From: Felis catus
Taxonomy: Eukaryota
Direction: 5' to 3'
DNA: 64,000 nucleotides
Assembly (NCBI RefSeq): GCF_018350175.1
Contig: NC_058368.1
Span: forward strand, 18,726,001 to 18,790,000
The notes below the pieces were generated by a model. That model was not told the origin of the DNA and ran no database searches. It worked only from the letters and a program-made list of their open reading frames with translations. This document shows positions 1 to 11,650 of this stretch, one piece after another (position 1 is the stretch's first letter; each line of letters starts with the position of its first letter). The position numbers and the translations under genes are program-made.

Positions 1-96
1 GACACAGGACATGCACAGCCAGGATCTCCAAGCCTAGGCAAATGCAGGGAGGGAGGAAGCACTGTAGAACCCTTTACTTCAGGGATTTGTCATTCC

Positions 97-97
<1 letters not shown>

Positions 98-135
<38 letters not shown>
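98..135. repeat. (CA)n microsatellite
   Basis: Uninterrupted AC run. Confidence 0.95.
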
Positions 136-137
<2 letters not shown>

Positions 138-789
138 CACTCTGCCACGTGCCTGCCAGAGAGCAAGAAAGCTATTCCCAGCTGCAGGGGAGCCAAGAGA
201 GGAGTTACCACAGCAGCCAGGATGGTCCCCAGGGAGAAGGAGCGGAAAGTGGCTCCTCTCTCAACCAGGAAAGGCATGTCCTTACCTCCCTCCCTGGCCT
301 CAAGGGGCGCACCAATGCCTGCTGCAGGCAAAGGAGAAAATCCACACATCAAATCCACACGTCAAATGAACTCTGGTGCAAGAACCAAAGAGGTCCTCCT
401 GTCCTCAGAGCTATTTAGTGCAGGGTGCTGTAAGACAATCCACGCATTCGGTAGGCAGGAGACTCTGTCGCAGAGAGGCAGCGCTGGCTCACAGGGAAGA
501 GTCCAGAACAGACAGCACAGGTGCAGCCCCCAGGGTATGGCCAGCCGGGGAGTCACCTGCAGTTTACTTCACGGTTTCAGATGCCACGTGGACATCAGAG
601 TCAAAAGTCCCCTCCTCATTGCCTTCGAGGCAATTCGATAAAAAGACATGTGAGTATAGTTCATAGCAATGTGCCCTGACAACTAAAAATGATAAATAGT
701 AACAAAGGGAAGGAAGGCAGGAAATAAGGGACAGAGAGAGAGAGAGAGAGAGAGAGGAGGGAAAGGAAAGTAAAGAATGAAAGAAGGGG

Positions 790-1080
790 GGAGCAAATCG
801 GTGAAGGATGTCAAGAGGTACCAACTCCCAGTTATAAAATAAAGAAGGCGTAGAGATGTAGCACGCAGCATGGTGACTACAGTTAATGACACCGTACTGG
901 ACGTTTGAAAGTTGCTAAGAGAGTAGATCTTAAAAGTTCTCGTCACAAGGAAAAAAAAAACCATAACTATGTGAGGTGATGGATGATAACTAGGCTTACG
1001 GTGGCAATCATTTTGCAATACTTACATATGTCAAATTATTGTGTTGTTCACTTGAAACTAACATAATGTTAAAAAAAAAG
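790..1080 (+). mobile_element. L1 3' UTR fragment (L1MA9/L1_Carn-like)
   Basis: gaaagttgctaagagagtagatcttaaaagttctc...actatgtgaggtgatgg motif followed by an A-tail. Confidence 0.85.
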
Positions 1081-1974
1081 AACGAACAAAGAAAGCAAGC
1101 AAGCTAGCAATGTTTAACTCTCTGCCACATGCAGACTTGAGCGCTCTGGTGGAAGAATCATTCTCTCTTGTCAGGAATAAAGTTGGCTGTGCCCAGCGGT
1201 GGGAGGCAGAGGTCCTGGGCTGACCGCAGCCCACGCGGGAGTCATCCAAGAAGGAGACCACTTCTCCCTGTCGGTGCTGCGGAAAGATCCACGGCTCTTC
1301 CTCACATCCTTAGATCCCACCACCCTGCCCGTGGAAGTGGCCGTGGGACCGGCACAGGGTTTGGAGACAGAGGGCTGAGGTTTTGAGTCCTTGTTCTTTT
1401 CTTCCCAATTACTCAGTCAGGAGCAATTCCTTAAACTCTCTGAATCCAGCGTCACACCGGTGGTGGTCCAAGGGAAGCAGAAAGTAAGAGCGGGAAAGTC
1501 AACTGGGATGAATAGTATCAATGCACCAGTCTGCCAGTCCGAACACACTGGCTCCCATTCTCTGATTATTATGCCTCTCTTTACCTTGACTCATCAGCAT
1601 AAAATACAAGGGGCCCACTGCCGAGCACACCCCACATCTGCACCCCTCTGGGTGTGCCCTGGGCACACCAACTAAACCAAGCTTGAAGACTCATTTGCCA
1701 GAAGCTGAGGCACATTCCCCTGGAGCAGCTCTGATTATCTGGAACAATCCTTGCTCATCTCAGCAAGGACTGGGAGGAGTCCAAATACCCCTGGTGAGCC
1801 GACACAATGTGGTGGGCAGAGCCCTGTTGCTTTCTTTTTTTTTAATCAAAGGACCTTATTAAGCTTAGTTTTGGTTTTCTAAACAGCTTTATTGCTATAT
1901 AATTGACATGTCATAAACTGTACACATTAAAGTATACAAAGAAGTTTTGACAAAGGTACATGTGAATAATCTCC

Positions 1975-2527
1975 ATGTTTTGATCCCCAGAAGCTGTGAC
2001 TATGTTAGCTGGCACAGCAGAAGAGACTTTGCAGATGCAATTAACTTAAGGATCCTGAGATGGAGAGAGAATCCTGGATGATCTACGTGAGCCCAATGTC
2101 ATCCCAAGAGTCCTCATACAAGGAAGATGGGAAGATCTAAGGTAGGAGCAGACAAATGAAGCAGAGATTGGCAGAAGAAGAGGAAGATTGGTGGGCTCCC
2201 TCCTCACTGGGACATCAGCCTGGGGGACATAGGACATGTGTGGTCAGGCTTCTTGTGACTAGTAGAGTCTATTGGTCTACCAGCCCAGGCAGATCCAAGG
2301 TGGGAGGAAGCCAACATATGAGGGCAGCCCCCAGAAACTGGAAATGCAAGAAAACCGAATCTTCTCTAGAGCCTCCAGAAGAAACAGGCCTGCCAACACT
2401 TTGATTTGAGCCCCATGAGATTCATTTCATATTTCTGACCTCCAGAATGATAATAAGAAATATCTGTGATGTTTTGAGTCACTACACTTGCAGTAATTTG
2501 TTATAGCAGCCATAGAAAACTCATACC
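1975..2527 (+). mobile_element. MaLR solo LTR (MLT1D/E-like)
   Basis: gactttgcagatg, ctagagcctccagaag, ctgacctccagaa, gtaatttgttatagcagccatagaaaactcatac terminus. Confidence 0.8.
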
Positions 2528-2610
2528 GTATCTATCTGTCCCCAGGCAACCATTTATCTGCTCTGTCAGTACAGAACTAGTTTTCATTTTCTAAAATCTC
2601 ATATACATGG

Positions 2611-2842
2611 AGAGGTGCCTGGGTGGCTCAGTTGGTTGAACGTCCAACTTCAGCTCAGGTCATGATGTCCTGGTCCGTGAGTTTGGGCCCCATGTTGGGC
2701 TCTGTGCTGACAGCTCAGAGCCTGGAGCCTGCTTCGGATTCTGTGTCTCCCTCTCTCTCTGCCCCTCCCCGCTCACACTCTGTCTCTCTCTCTCTCTCTC
2801 TCTCTCTGTCAAAAATAAATAAACATTTAAAAAAATTTTTTT
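2611..2842 (+). mobile_element. Can-SINE (SINEC_Fc type)
   Basis: tRNA-like head, (CT)n, A-tail; 17-bp TSD aaat(c/t)tcatatacatgg. Confidence 0.97.
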
Positions 2843-2951
2843 AAATTTCATATACATGGAATCATATCATATGTATTCTTGATTTTCTGTAACCTTTGGC
2901 ATAATTGTGTTAAGGTCCATCCATGTTTTTGTGTGTATCAATTGTCTACTC

Positions 2952-3152
2952 TTTTTTTTTTATTTTTTAATGTTTATTCAGTTTTTGAGAGACAGAAAGA
3001 GCGTGAGAAGGGGAGGGGCAGAGAGAAAGAATCTGAAGCAGGCTCCAGGCTCTGAGCTGTCAGCACAGAGCCCAACACGGGGCTCGAACTCATGAACCAT
3101 GAGATCATGACCTGAGTTGGCCCCTTAACTGACTGAGCCACCCAGGCACCCC
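2952..3152 (-). mobile_element. Can-SINE
   Basis: Reverse SINE ending gagccacccaggcacccc; TSD tgtcta(c/t)tc. Confidence 0.95.
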
Positions 3153-3302
3153 TGTCTATTCCTTTGATTGCTGAAGAGTAATCCAATGTATAGATATACC
3201 ACAATTTGTTCATCCATTAACCTGTGTATGGTTATTTGCATTGTTTCCTGTTTTCAGCGATTATAAGTAAAACTGCTCCAAATATTCACAAACTTTGGAT
3301 GG

Positions 3303-3720
3303 TGTTATGGGTTGAACTGTGTCCCCCAATAAAGGATGTGTCAAAGTCCTAATCCCCACTACCTCAGAATAACCTTATTTAAAAGGGATGATGCAGATGT
3401 AATGAGTTCAAATGAGGTCACACTGGTGTTGGACCAATATGACTAGTGTCCTCATAGGCAGGTGGCCATGTGAAGACAGATACAGAGAGACACCATGTGA
3501 CCATGAAGGCAGAGATTGCAGTGACACAGCTGGAAGCCCAGGAATGCCCAGGATTCCCAACAAATCCCCAGAAGCTAAGGTTTCGGAGACAGGGTTGCCC
3601 CGCTGACACTTTGATCTCAGCCTTTTAGCCTCCAGAAATATAAATCCAAATATATTTCTGTAGTCTTTAAGCCACCCAGTTTGCACTGCTTTGTTAAGGC
3701 AGCCCTAGGAAACTAATATA
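3303..3720 (+). mobile_element. MaLR solo LTR (MLT1C-like)
   Basis: Starts tgttatgggttgaactgtgtccccc, ends gcagccctaggaaactaatata; perfect 5-bp TSD gatgg. Confidence 0.9.
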
Positions 3721-4224
3721 GATGGACAGACATACACTCTCATTTCTCTTGAGTGAATACCTAGGAGTAGAAAACTGGATCACATGTTAAGTCTCTGCTT
3801 CATTGCTCAAGAAACTGCCAAACTGTTTCCAACGTGGCTGCGTCTTTCTACATTTCTATCAGCAGGGTATGAGAACTTCAATTTGTCTACATCTTTGTCA
3901 ACTCTTGGTGTGATCAGTCCTTACGATCTTAGCCATTCTAAAAGGAGTGTAGTGGTAGTTCACGGTGGCTTTATTTGCATTGCCCACATGACTGATGATG
4001 CCGATCATCTTCCTTAGTGAAGTGTCAAGATCATTTGCCCATTTTTTAATGGGGTTGTTAGGGTTTTTTTACTATTGACTTTGAGATTTCTTCATATATT
4101 CTAGATACAAGTTCTTTATTAAATACAGGCTTTCTAAATATTTTCTCACACTCCGTGGCTTGTCTTTTCATTCTCTAGCCAGTGTCTTTCAAAGAGCTTC
4201 CAAATTGGGATGAAGCCCAAGGCA

Positions 4225-4590
4225 AGGCCTTTCTGAGTACTCTCCCCAGTGCCCTAGGTACCATGAGATTGTCCAGTCCAATGGGAACAGGCAATCCTCA
4301 CAGCCCAGTGTGAGTGCTGGGTGCTGTTCCTCCTGAGCCTCTCATGTGGTTCTTGCCTTGGCCTTGTGTGGATCCCTACTTTGCTGAATACACAGCGGAG
4401 CCTCTGCAGATCTCCAGAGTCCCTCTTTTCATAGATCTCTTCTCTAGTACTCTGTGCTGTGACCTCTAGCCCCATGAACTTGCTCTCCCTGGACACTCTG
4501 CTCTATCTCTTCACCTTAGGGAGTCCGCTGAGTTCCCCTTGGGTCACTCCTCCCTGAACCATGGTCTGGAAGCAAACATCAGGGGAGCAA
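4225..4590 (-). mobile_element. Old L1 5' end fragment (L1M4/L1MC-D class)
   Basis: ctctgcagatctccagag...gtactctgtgctgtgacctctagcc resembles reverse L1M 5' UTR (recalled). Confidence 0.6.
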
Positions 4591-5070
4591 GGGTGAGGAA
4601 GCTTGGTCATTAGACTGTTTGATCATCGGGGACTGCGTAGGATATTTCTACTGCAAGTTTATTATTGCCAACGGTCTTATCTCCTAGGGGAGGGACTCAC
4701 CCCAGAGGGAAACTGGGGCTGGGGAGGCAAGATTAACTCGGGGCTCACGGAGCCATTTGCTGGCGATGCTCCACAGTTTCATGGAACTGAGGTCTGAAAA
4801 TATAAGAGGAAACCGAGAGTCTATCAAAGAGATGTCTTCACCCATTTCATGGAAGTTCCTCTCATAGACCGCATCTTCACCCAAACGTGATGCCCAGGTT
4901 CCCGGTAGGAAACCTCGTCCCCTTCTGAGCAGCTAGCAGGGCACATGAGATAGAGGACCTCATAGACTCTGGGTTCCTGGCTCCACAGCCTTCCAATAGG
5001 GAAAAGTCTGCCATTTTCCCCCTGGGTACATGCCCCAATCTGGAGGCAGGAACTGGCCCAACTGGTTATT

Positions 5071-5240
5071 AGTCATTCTTCCAACAAGCATTTATGGAGT
5101 GTCTTCCACATTCCAGGTACTGGGCTAGGATTCCAGAGACAGAGAAATGAATAAGGCGCCATTATCACCTGGTTGGGGAGAGAGATGCATATAACAAACA
5201 GAAGACAGGTGGCAAATGCATTCCAAAGAGAGACTCAGGT
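5071..5240 (-). mobile_element. L2 3' fragment
   Basis: tcattcttccaacaagcatttatggagtgtcttccacattccaggtactgggctagg. Confidence 0.65.
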
Positions 5241-5544
5241 GAAGGCAGCTGAACGCTACATCTTAATAACATAAAAAGAAAGTGAAATAGTTAATATTTA
5301 TTACAACTCTAAGGCCACCCAATGGTTAGAAAGTTCTTCTGCTTCTCAATGACCTCTAACCACCTACCAGCGCTAGATCTATCTGCTGGAGATTTCCAGA
5401 GTAAGTCTGCTCACTTTTCCATGTAGCACATCTTCCTTATTTGAATTTAGCTTCTCAAATCAGCTCTTCTACAAGGAAAATAGCCACAGTTCCCACAAGC
5501 AGTAGTGGGGACTGGTTGGCCTTTGGGGGTTAGATGGAACTGAA

Positions 5545-5720
5545 CTGGACTCCAGTCATTTGTTAGCTCTGTGACCTTGGGCAAGTGATTTAGCTTCTCT
5601 GTTTCTGTGTTTTCATGTGTAAAACAGACCTGCATCATAATAGTATTCTGAGGAAAGAAGGAGATCGTGTATGTTAAATCTTTAACACTAAGTACAGCAT
5701 CAGTAAATTCTCAAGAAAAG
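5545..5720 (+). mobile_element. MIR
   Basis: Core ctgtgaccttgggcaagtgatttagcttctctg. Confidence 0.8.
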
Positions 5721-5781
5721 GCAGCACCACCAGGGTGAAAAATCTTAATGTGATAAAGTTTGAAACTTCTAGGAGCATTTA

Positions 5782-5996
5782 TTTATTTATTTTCAACGTT
5801 TATTTATCTTTGGGACAGAGAGAGACAGAGCATGAACGGGGGAGGGGCAGAGAGAGAGGGAGACACAGAATCAGAAACAGGCTCCAGGCTCTGAGCCATC
5901 AGCCCAGAGCCTGACGCGGGGCTCGAACCCACGGACCGCGAGATCGTGACCTGGCTGAAGTCGGACGCTTAACCGACTGTGCCACCCAGGCGCCCC
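5782..5996 (-). mobile_element. Young Can-SINE (SINEC_Fc1-like)
   Basis: CpGs intact; perfect 14-bp TSD tctaggagcattta. Confidence 0.97.
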
Positions 5997-6896
5997 TCTA
6001 GGAGCATTTAAAACAAGTCTGCAGGATAAGAAGATAGGCTCTCTGATTGCCCCTTTACTTACTTTCTAGAGCATTTATGCAGCCAACTTGCGTTCCTATG
6101 GCAATTGGTACATGGCAGTCACATGAGGACCAGGACCCCTCTTCCCTCTCCTATGGCGCCCAGGACGATGCTGTGAACACAGGAATCTTATCGGAGTTAC
6201 TGAGTGAGGAGTAAACATTCTGAGCAGGCCAAGTTTCCTGGCAGGCTTTCCCCGGCTTTCCTTCTTGAATTTGCTGGGAGCGTGAGGAAGGGCATTTATT
6301 TTCCATGAAGCTTGTTTTCTTCTCTGTTCCGTGGAAGCCCTGGTCTAAGCTAGTTTCTCAGCATTTGGAAAAGGCAGCATGTGAAGACTGAGGACACAGG
6401 TGCCATTCCTGCCTTTTGTCTCTCTCCGAGGTGCCCAAGGTAGCTGCCCTAACTGGGCAGGAGAACACAGCTCTCCAGCAGCTCATTCTATAGCAGTTTA
6501 AAAAAATGTGAACGTGAACTCACCTCCAATTCTTAAAAAATATTAGAGAGATACATGCTTATATTTGTGTATGTGTGCATGCGTGCTAACGTAGCACGAA
6601 CACTATAAATATACACAACCAATTGAAAGAAGATGAGATTAAAAATAAAGACAAATAGGAGTTTGGACGCTTTCTCCCCACACCGCAACATCTGCACATC
6701 ACAGTGGTGATTTCTGCTCTGCACCATCTTAGAAGAGACAGGAAGAGAGAAGAGGTGCCAGCAGCTACGACACTATGCGTGGCAGGCACTGAGCTCGACT
6801 CGGAACTTGACAGGAACTCTCTCTCTCTCTCCATTCTGCTTGTCCACTACAAATCTCTCCCCAAACATTCAAAAACAAGTTGAAGTTTTCTCTACT

Positions 6897-7385
6897 TGTG
6901 GCACAGAGAGGGGAAAAGGTCTTTCTGCTCTACCTTTCTAAGTTCTCGCCTGGGACCCCGGTAACAGAAGACAGGTTAACAAGAGAAAAGCACACCTATC
7001 TATTTCATGTCAGTTTTGCATCGACAGAGGAGCCTTCACGAGGAAACGAAGTCCTGAAGAAAGCGTTCAACTTGACAGCTTTCCTGCTAGGCTTGTTGAA
7101 GACCGGAGAGTCATGGAAAGACAAGGTAGACCAAAGCCTGTGAGCTGAGGGTAGTAACTGAGCAAGACCTGTTCATTCAAATACCTCTGTTCCTTCATTG
7201 TCTTCTTTAGCAGTGAGGATGACCCTTTCCTCAGGTACAGGGTGGGCGCCTCTCACATGAGGGTTTTATGACCTGCTTCAGGGGTAGGTTCTTCCTGTAC
7301 ATGCCATTTGTCACAGTCCTTCAGCCCGAAATAGTCACTATGTCAAGGTGCCTTACTTTGGAGGAATGCATCCTGAACCGCATCA
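6897..7385 (-). mobile_element. ERV1 solo LTR (MER34/MER39-group-like)
   Basis: taacagaagacaggttaacaagagaaaagc and terminal atgtcaaggtgcc...cctgaaccgcatca. Confidence 0.7.
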
Positions 7386-9269
7386 GAAGCAAAAGGCTGT
7401 CCGGCCAAAGTTCAAGATACTTCTCTGAAGTGGTCCCAGAACCCCATTTCTCAGCCAGTTCCCATCGAAGTGCTGCCTGGTATTTTTGTTAACATGATGC
7501 TAACCCCTGTAAAGACTTTGAGGGTGAGGCATCCCAGAACGGTGAGTCAGTGTCTTCGCAAAATGTCTCTGTGTACCCGGGCGTGAGAGCTTCGGAAGCT
7601 AGCTCGTTGGTTCACCTGACACGGGGAGAAGAACACCGCCCAGCCTCTTCTTTCCCCTCCAAGAAACGCTTCTCGATTTCCAGCCCACACCGCTTTGTAT
7701 CAGCGCAGACCTCGCCTGGGAAAGGTGTGTGCATGGGAGAGCTCATTTCACTGGCCAGGCAGATGCCGCCTGCCTTCCTCCCCCTCCACCACCCCCGCTG
7801 CCAACACACACAAATGCATGCACACTCACACAGTCATGCCTCCAGGCACGCACACTCACATATGCACAGATTCAAATATAGGTGCACAACACATGCCCTC
7901 ACATAGATGTACATACACACGCGACCCCCCCCCCCACACACACACACAAACACACATCCTGGGCCTGAGGTTCTCTTCCCCAGCTGCCTGCACCTTAAGG
8001 AGAAGTGAGGAGGAGAAAGACTCCAGGGTTTCATATTTCTGGTAGATGGAGCCCAACTTGGGAACGGGAGCAAAAGCCAGTGTGGCTGGTGTTCTGGCCG
8101 GCCTCCCTCTGAGAACACCCACAGTTCTGAAAGCCTAGTCAATAGCCCATTGTTTGCTGCGAAATTAAGAAGATAAGAGAGTAGAGGAACTTAGTCTAAA
8201 ATGCTAAGAGGCAGGCAGCTACTATCTTAGATCTTTAGCAGCCAGGCTCCTGCCAAAGTGTTTGCCATTAAAAGCCAGATTGCATCTGCGATCTGAAATT
8301 CACATTCCAGAGCCACTCTCCCCCACCACTTTCTCCCACACCTCTACCCTGCCAGCCCTCCCTGCCAGCATCCTTCTCCTCTCTCCCCTCCTCCTTCTTC
8401 CTCTCTCCCCTTGTGGTGCTCCCAGCTGCCCCACCCTAGGCGACCCGTCCTGTTGCCGGGCCCTTGGGGGTCCTGGATGGGCCGGGCCCTGATCCTTTCC
8501 GTGAGCTGAGTTCTAACAGTAGGCGAACATGCTACTCGTCTGAAACCCAAGGACAGCAGAGGACCTTGGGCAGGTTGATCTATCTCACTGAGCCTCACAC
8601 CTGTAAAGCAGAAAGCTCCATTTTCATACACTTATAAAGAAAATTTTAAGCACTAAGTTAGATATTGTCAAGGTTCCTTTCCAACTTTACGGAGCTATTT
8701 CATATCTTTCTGAAACCCAGGAAAGAAGGTTTTCAGAATCCCATTCTGAATCAAAGCCTAGCCTTGACTTCATAATGAGGATTTTGAATTCGTTTTCCCA
8801 ACAGAACTAAATGAGTAGTCTGACCCCTGGCATAAATCCTTCCCACCTTGGGTGTAAGGAGAGGTGGTCATGGAGCCATAAGTAACTCATGAAAATTCCC
8901 ACCAATTCAGTAACCTATAGCACCAATAGCACAAAGCCTAATTTGGCTTCTCTGAAGAGAAAACTTACACTTTACCAAAAAAGGTATTTGGAAGTCTTTG
9001 TGATATAGACTGATTCTCCCAAGTCAATTTGGAATGAGGCCAAAAGTCTTTGGTCTAAGATTTAGAAGGCAAATGAAATTGCAAGCATTAAGGAGAAACT
9101 GAATGTGTCTAAGGATTCCCTTGATTTCTCTCACAAGACCCAAGATGGCGGAAGAGGAGAGGGAAGGCCAGGTGGCCTGAATCCACCTTATGAGGCTCAC
9201 GGAGGTCACGGTGCTCTCTGCTCAATTCTTCCATTGCTACGCTGAAAAACCAGAGGGAAACAGTCATGC

Positions 9270-9615
9270 CAGGACCCGGGGGCAAGGTGTTCCAGAAAGA
9301 GGTAACAGAAAAAGCAAACATCCTGAGCCAGGAAAAAGCCAGGTGCTAGAGGGGCGGAAAGGCCAGAGTGGCCCAAGCATAGTGAATGGAAGGAAGACAG
9401 AAGGGGATTGAGATGAAGGAGGCCAGCAAGGCCCAGGTCGTGTGGGGCTCCGGGCCTCAAGGGAAACGTTGAGGGTGTAGGTGCGTGCGTGTCTTCTGTG
9501 ACAGGGACTGACACGATCTGACGTGTTTTAAAGCTCTCGCTCGGAGACAAGGGTGACCAGTTAGGAACCCATAAAATAAAGTAGGCAGGAGGTAAAGATG
9601 CTTTGGGTTGGGGCA
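9270..9615 (-). mobile_element. L2 fragment
   Basis: ttccagaaagaggtaacagaaaaagcaaacatcctgag, ggccagagtggc, gaccagttagga. Confidence 0.65.
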
Positions 9616-9616
9616 G

Positions 9617-9952
9617 TGTTAAAACATCAACGGAAATAAACTACAAACGTCAAGAGTGTGTTGAAGCAAAATGAATTTGAATCAGGCAGGGCCAAATGCG
9701 AGGCGGTTGGAGCGCTCCAGTGACAGAAGCTGGGCAGAGACTTTTACGGAGAAAAGGCAGAAGCAAAGCAAGGAAATTATTGACCTGCTATAGCTCCAAG
9801 CGTCGGTGGTGGTTTGTGAGTGGTTGTCCTTGGGGTTTTGATTTTGTAACCTTGAGGTCTTTTCGGGCTTGGATTTTGGTCTGCTGACGGGAGGTTGCCA
9901 GGGCATTAGAGCCACCTCAGTCCGATGGCCTCCTTGTTTAATGAATTTAACG
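9617..9952. mobile_element. Short ERV1-like solo LTR
   Basis: Termini tgttaaa...tttaacg with a 4-bp TSD-like gcag/gtag. Confidence 0.6.
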
Positions 9953-9999
9953 GTAGTTACAGAGTGAGCGGCGCCTCAAGGTCCTACTTGGGCGATACC

Positions 10000-10240
10000 A
10001 TGAGGGTAGTTAATAATACTGTATTGTCTATCTGAAAGTTGCTAAGGGAATAGATCTTAAAAGTTCTCGCCATGAAAAATCAAGAATTTTGTACCTATGT
10101 GAGGTGATGGGCATTAGCTAAACTTACTACGGTGATCATTTTACAATATATACCTATGTCCAATCATTATGTTGTACGCTTTAAACTAATTTAAACCGAT
10201 GTTAGATGTCAGTTGTACCTCAATAAAACTTGGAAAAAAT
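10000..10240 (+). mobile_element. L1 3' UTR fragment (L1MA9/L1_Carn-like)
   Basis: Same motif set as 790-1080; ends ctcaataaaacttggaaaaaa. Confidence 0.85.
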
Positions 10241-10570
10241 GTAATTAAGGAAAATAATAATGAAAAAGAGAAGGCAGATCCATTAAAACTTTTTAAATGA
10301 TCAGATATGGGGGAGAGAAACACAGGAGCCATTTGAGACCAGGACCTGGGTGGAGGAGGGAAAGCGAACCCAAAGTGGGGAGACAAGGAACTGAGTCAAG
10401 GTCAAGATGCCCGGGTGTGCGATGCCTGTTACCCATCCAGGTGGAAGATCAGCAAGCGGGTCTGGGGCTCAGGGCAGGGGCCTGGCTGGAGTGTGGCGGT
10501 GAAGTACTATCAACCAGAGACAGGGAGGGAGGAGCGAAAACAGAGTCCGCAGAACCAAAGAAATGTTTTA

Positions 10571-10780
10571 TGTTTTTTAGAAACTCTCTTTTTTTAGTTT
10601 ACTTATTTGTTGAGAGAGACAGAGAGAGTGCAGGCAGGGGAGGGAACAGAGAGAGAGGGAGAATCCCAAGCGCCCTGCCCTGTCAGCTCAGAGTCCGGCT
10701 CGGGGCTCGAACTCACAGACTGTGAGGTCCTCACCTGAGCAGAAAGGACGCTCCACTGACTGAGCCACCCAGGTGCCCCC
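10571..10780 (-). mobile_element. Can-SINE
   Basis: Reverse SINE; TSD aaagaaatgtttta. Confidence 0.93.
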
Positions 10781-10982
10781 AAAAGAAATGTTTTAGAATG
10801 AAGAGTGGCTGGAGAGGTTTCCTGTAGGACTGAAGTGCGATCAGAGAGGGATTTTTATGGAACTCAGTTTTAAGTCTTAGTAGGTTCGAATAGATATTTT
10901 CATTTCTTGTTTGAGTCCCTGCTAAAATGGAAATGTGGCAAGGTATCTTTCGTTCTTATTAACAACTCCTAGAGCTTCTGGA

Positions 10983-11128
10983 AGTACGGTCCTCATATCA
11001 CAGAAAAGAATCACAGGGAACATTTTATTAACCATGCAGATTCCTGGGCCCTACCTTAGGCCAACTGAATTAGAGTCTTAGGATTTGGGGCCCAAGAACA
11101 TGCATTTCAAACAAGCTTTCCAGTGCTC
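10983..11128. mobile_element. MER5-like hAT-Charlie MITE
   Basis: atgcagattcctgggccctacc...actgaattagag...tgcatttcaaacaagc. Confidence 0.75.
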
Positions 11129-11243
11129 TTTTTTTTTTTTTCCTGAGATTTTATTTTTATCTCCACGCCCAACATGGGGCTTGAACTCATAACCCCAAGA
11201 TCGAGAGTCACATGCTCCGCTGACTGAGCCAGCCAGGCGCCTC
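11129..11243 (-). mobile_element. Short tRNA-derived Can-SINE lacking (CT)n
   Basis: gagccagccaggcgcc head, T-tail, TSD-like agtgctc. Confidence 0.88.
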
Positions 11244-11405
11244 TCCAAGTGCTCATTTTTAATATTAAAGAAATAGATGCCTCGCCAAACTGGGGTAGGG
11301 AGGAGGGGGAACAGGAGAAGGGTTTAAAACCCAAAGAAGAAATAGGAGAACATGGGAGGCACACAGCACCCACTCCATCATTTTGCCACCAGCCAATGGC
11401 CAATG

Positions 11406-11650
11406 GGCATTGGTTGAGTACCTGCCATGTGCCAGATGCTGTGCTGACCACTACCTGAGCTTTATTCCTTTTAACCCTGTATCACTCAGTGAGGGACACT
11501 CTGCTACTGGTCCCATGTCACCTTTGAAGCATCAGCCTCAAAAAGGAATTCAATAGTTTATCCAACAAGATCCAGCTGCAGAGTGACAGGGGCCATATTG
11601 GAACCCAGGTCCTCCAGCTCCAGAGTACTTAACAACACTCCATGCTGCCA
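11406..11650 (-). mobile_element. MIR
   Basis: ttgagtacctgccatgtgccagatgctgtgct...gaacccaggtc. Confidence 0.7.

Larger units (their letters stand above)
1880..4220 (-). mobile_element. Old L1M 3' region interrupted by two MaLR LTRs and two SINEs
   Basis: Reverse L1 3' text (cagctttattg..., ataccacaatttgttcatcc, atacctaggagt, ttctagatacaagttc) resumes after each insertion. Confidence 0.8.

Noticed and set aside
42..641. 199-aa ORF, the longest in the window
   Set aside because: Runs through a (CA)n microsatellite (HTHTHT); no recognisable domain.
2623..2844. Recurring MAQ...TSAQVMIS peptides in many ORFs, resembling a gene family
   Set aside because: Translations of Can-SINE copies, not genes.
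11129..11243. tRNA-like sequences here and at 63178
   Set aside because: Diverged SINE heads with tails and TSDs, not functional tRNA genes.
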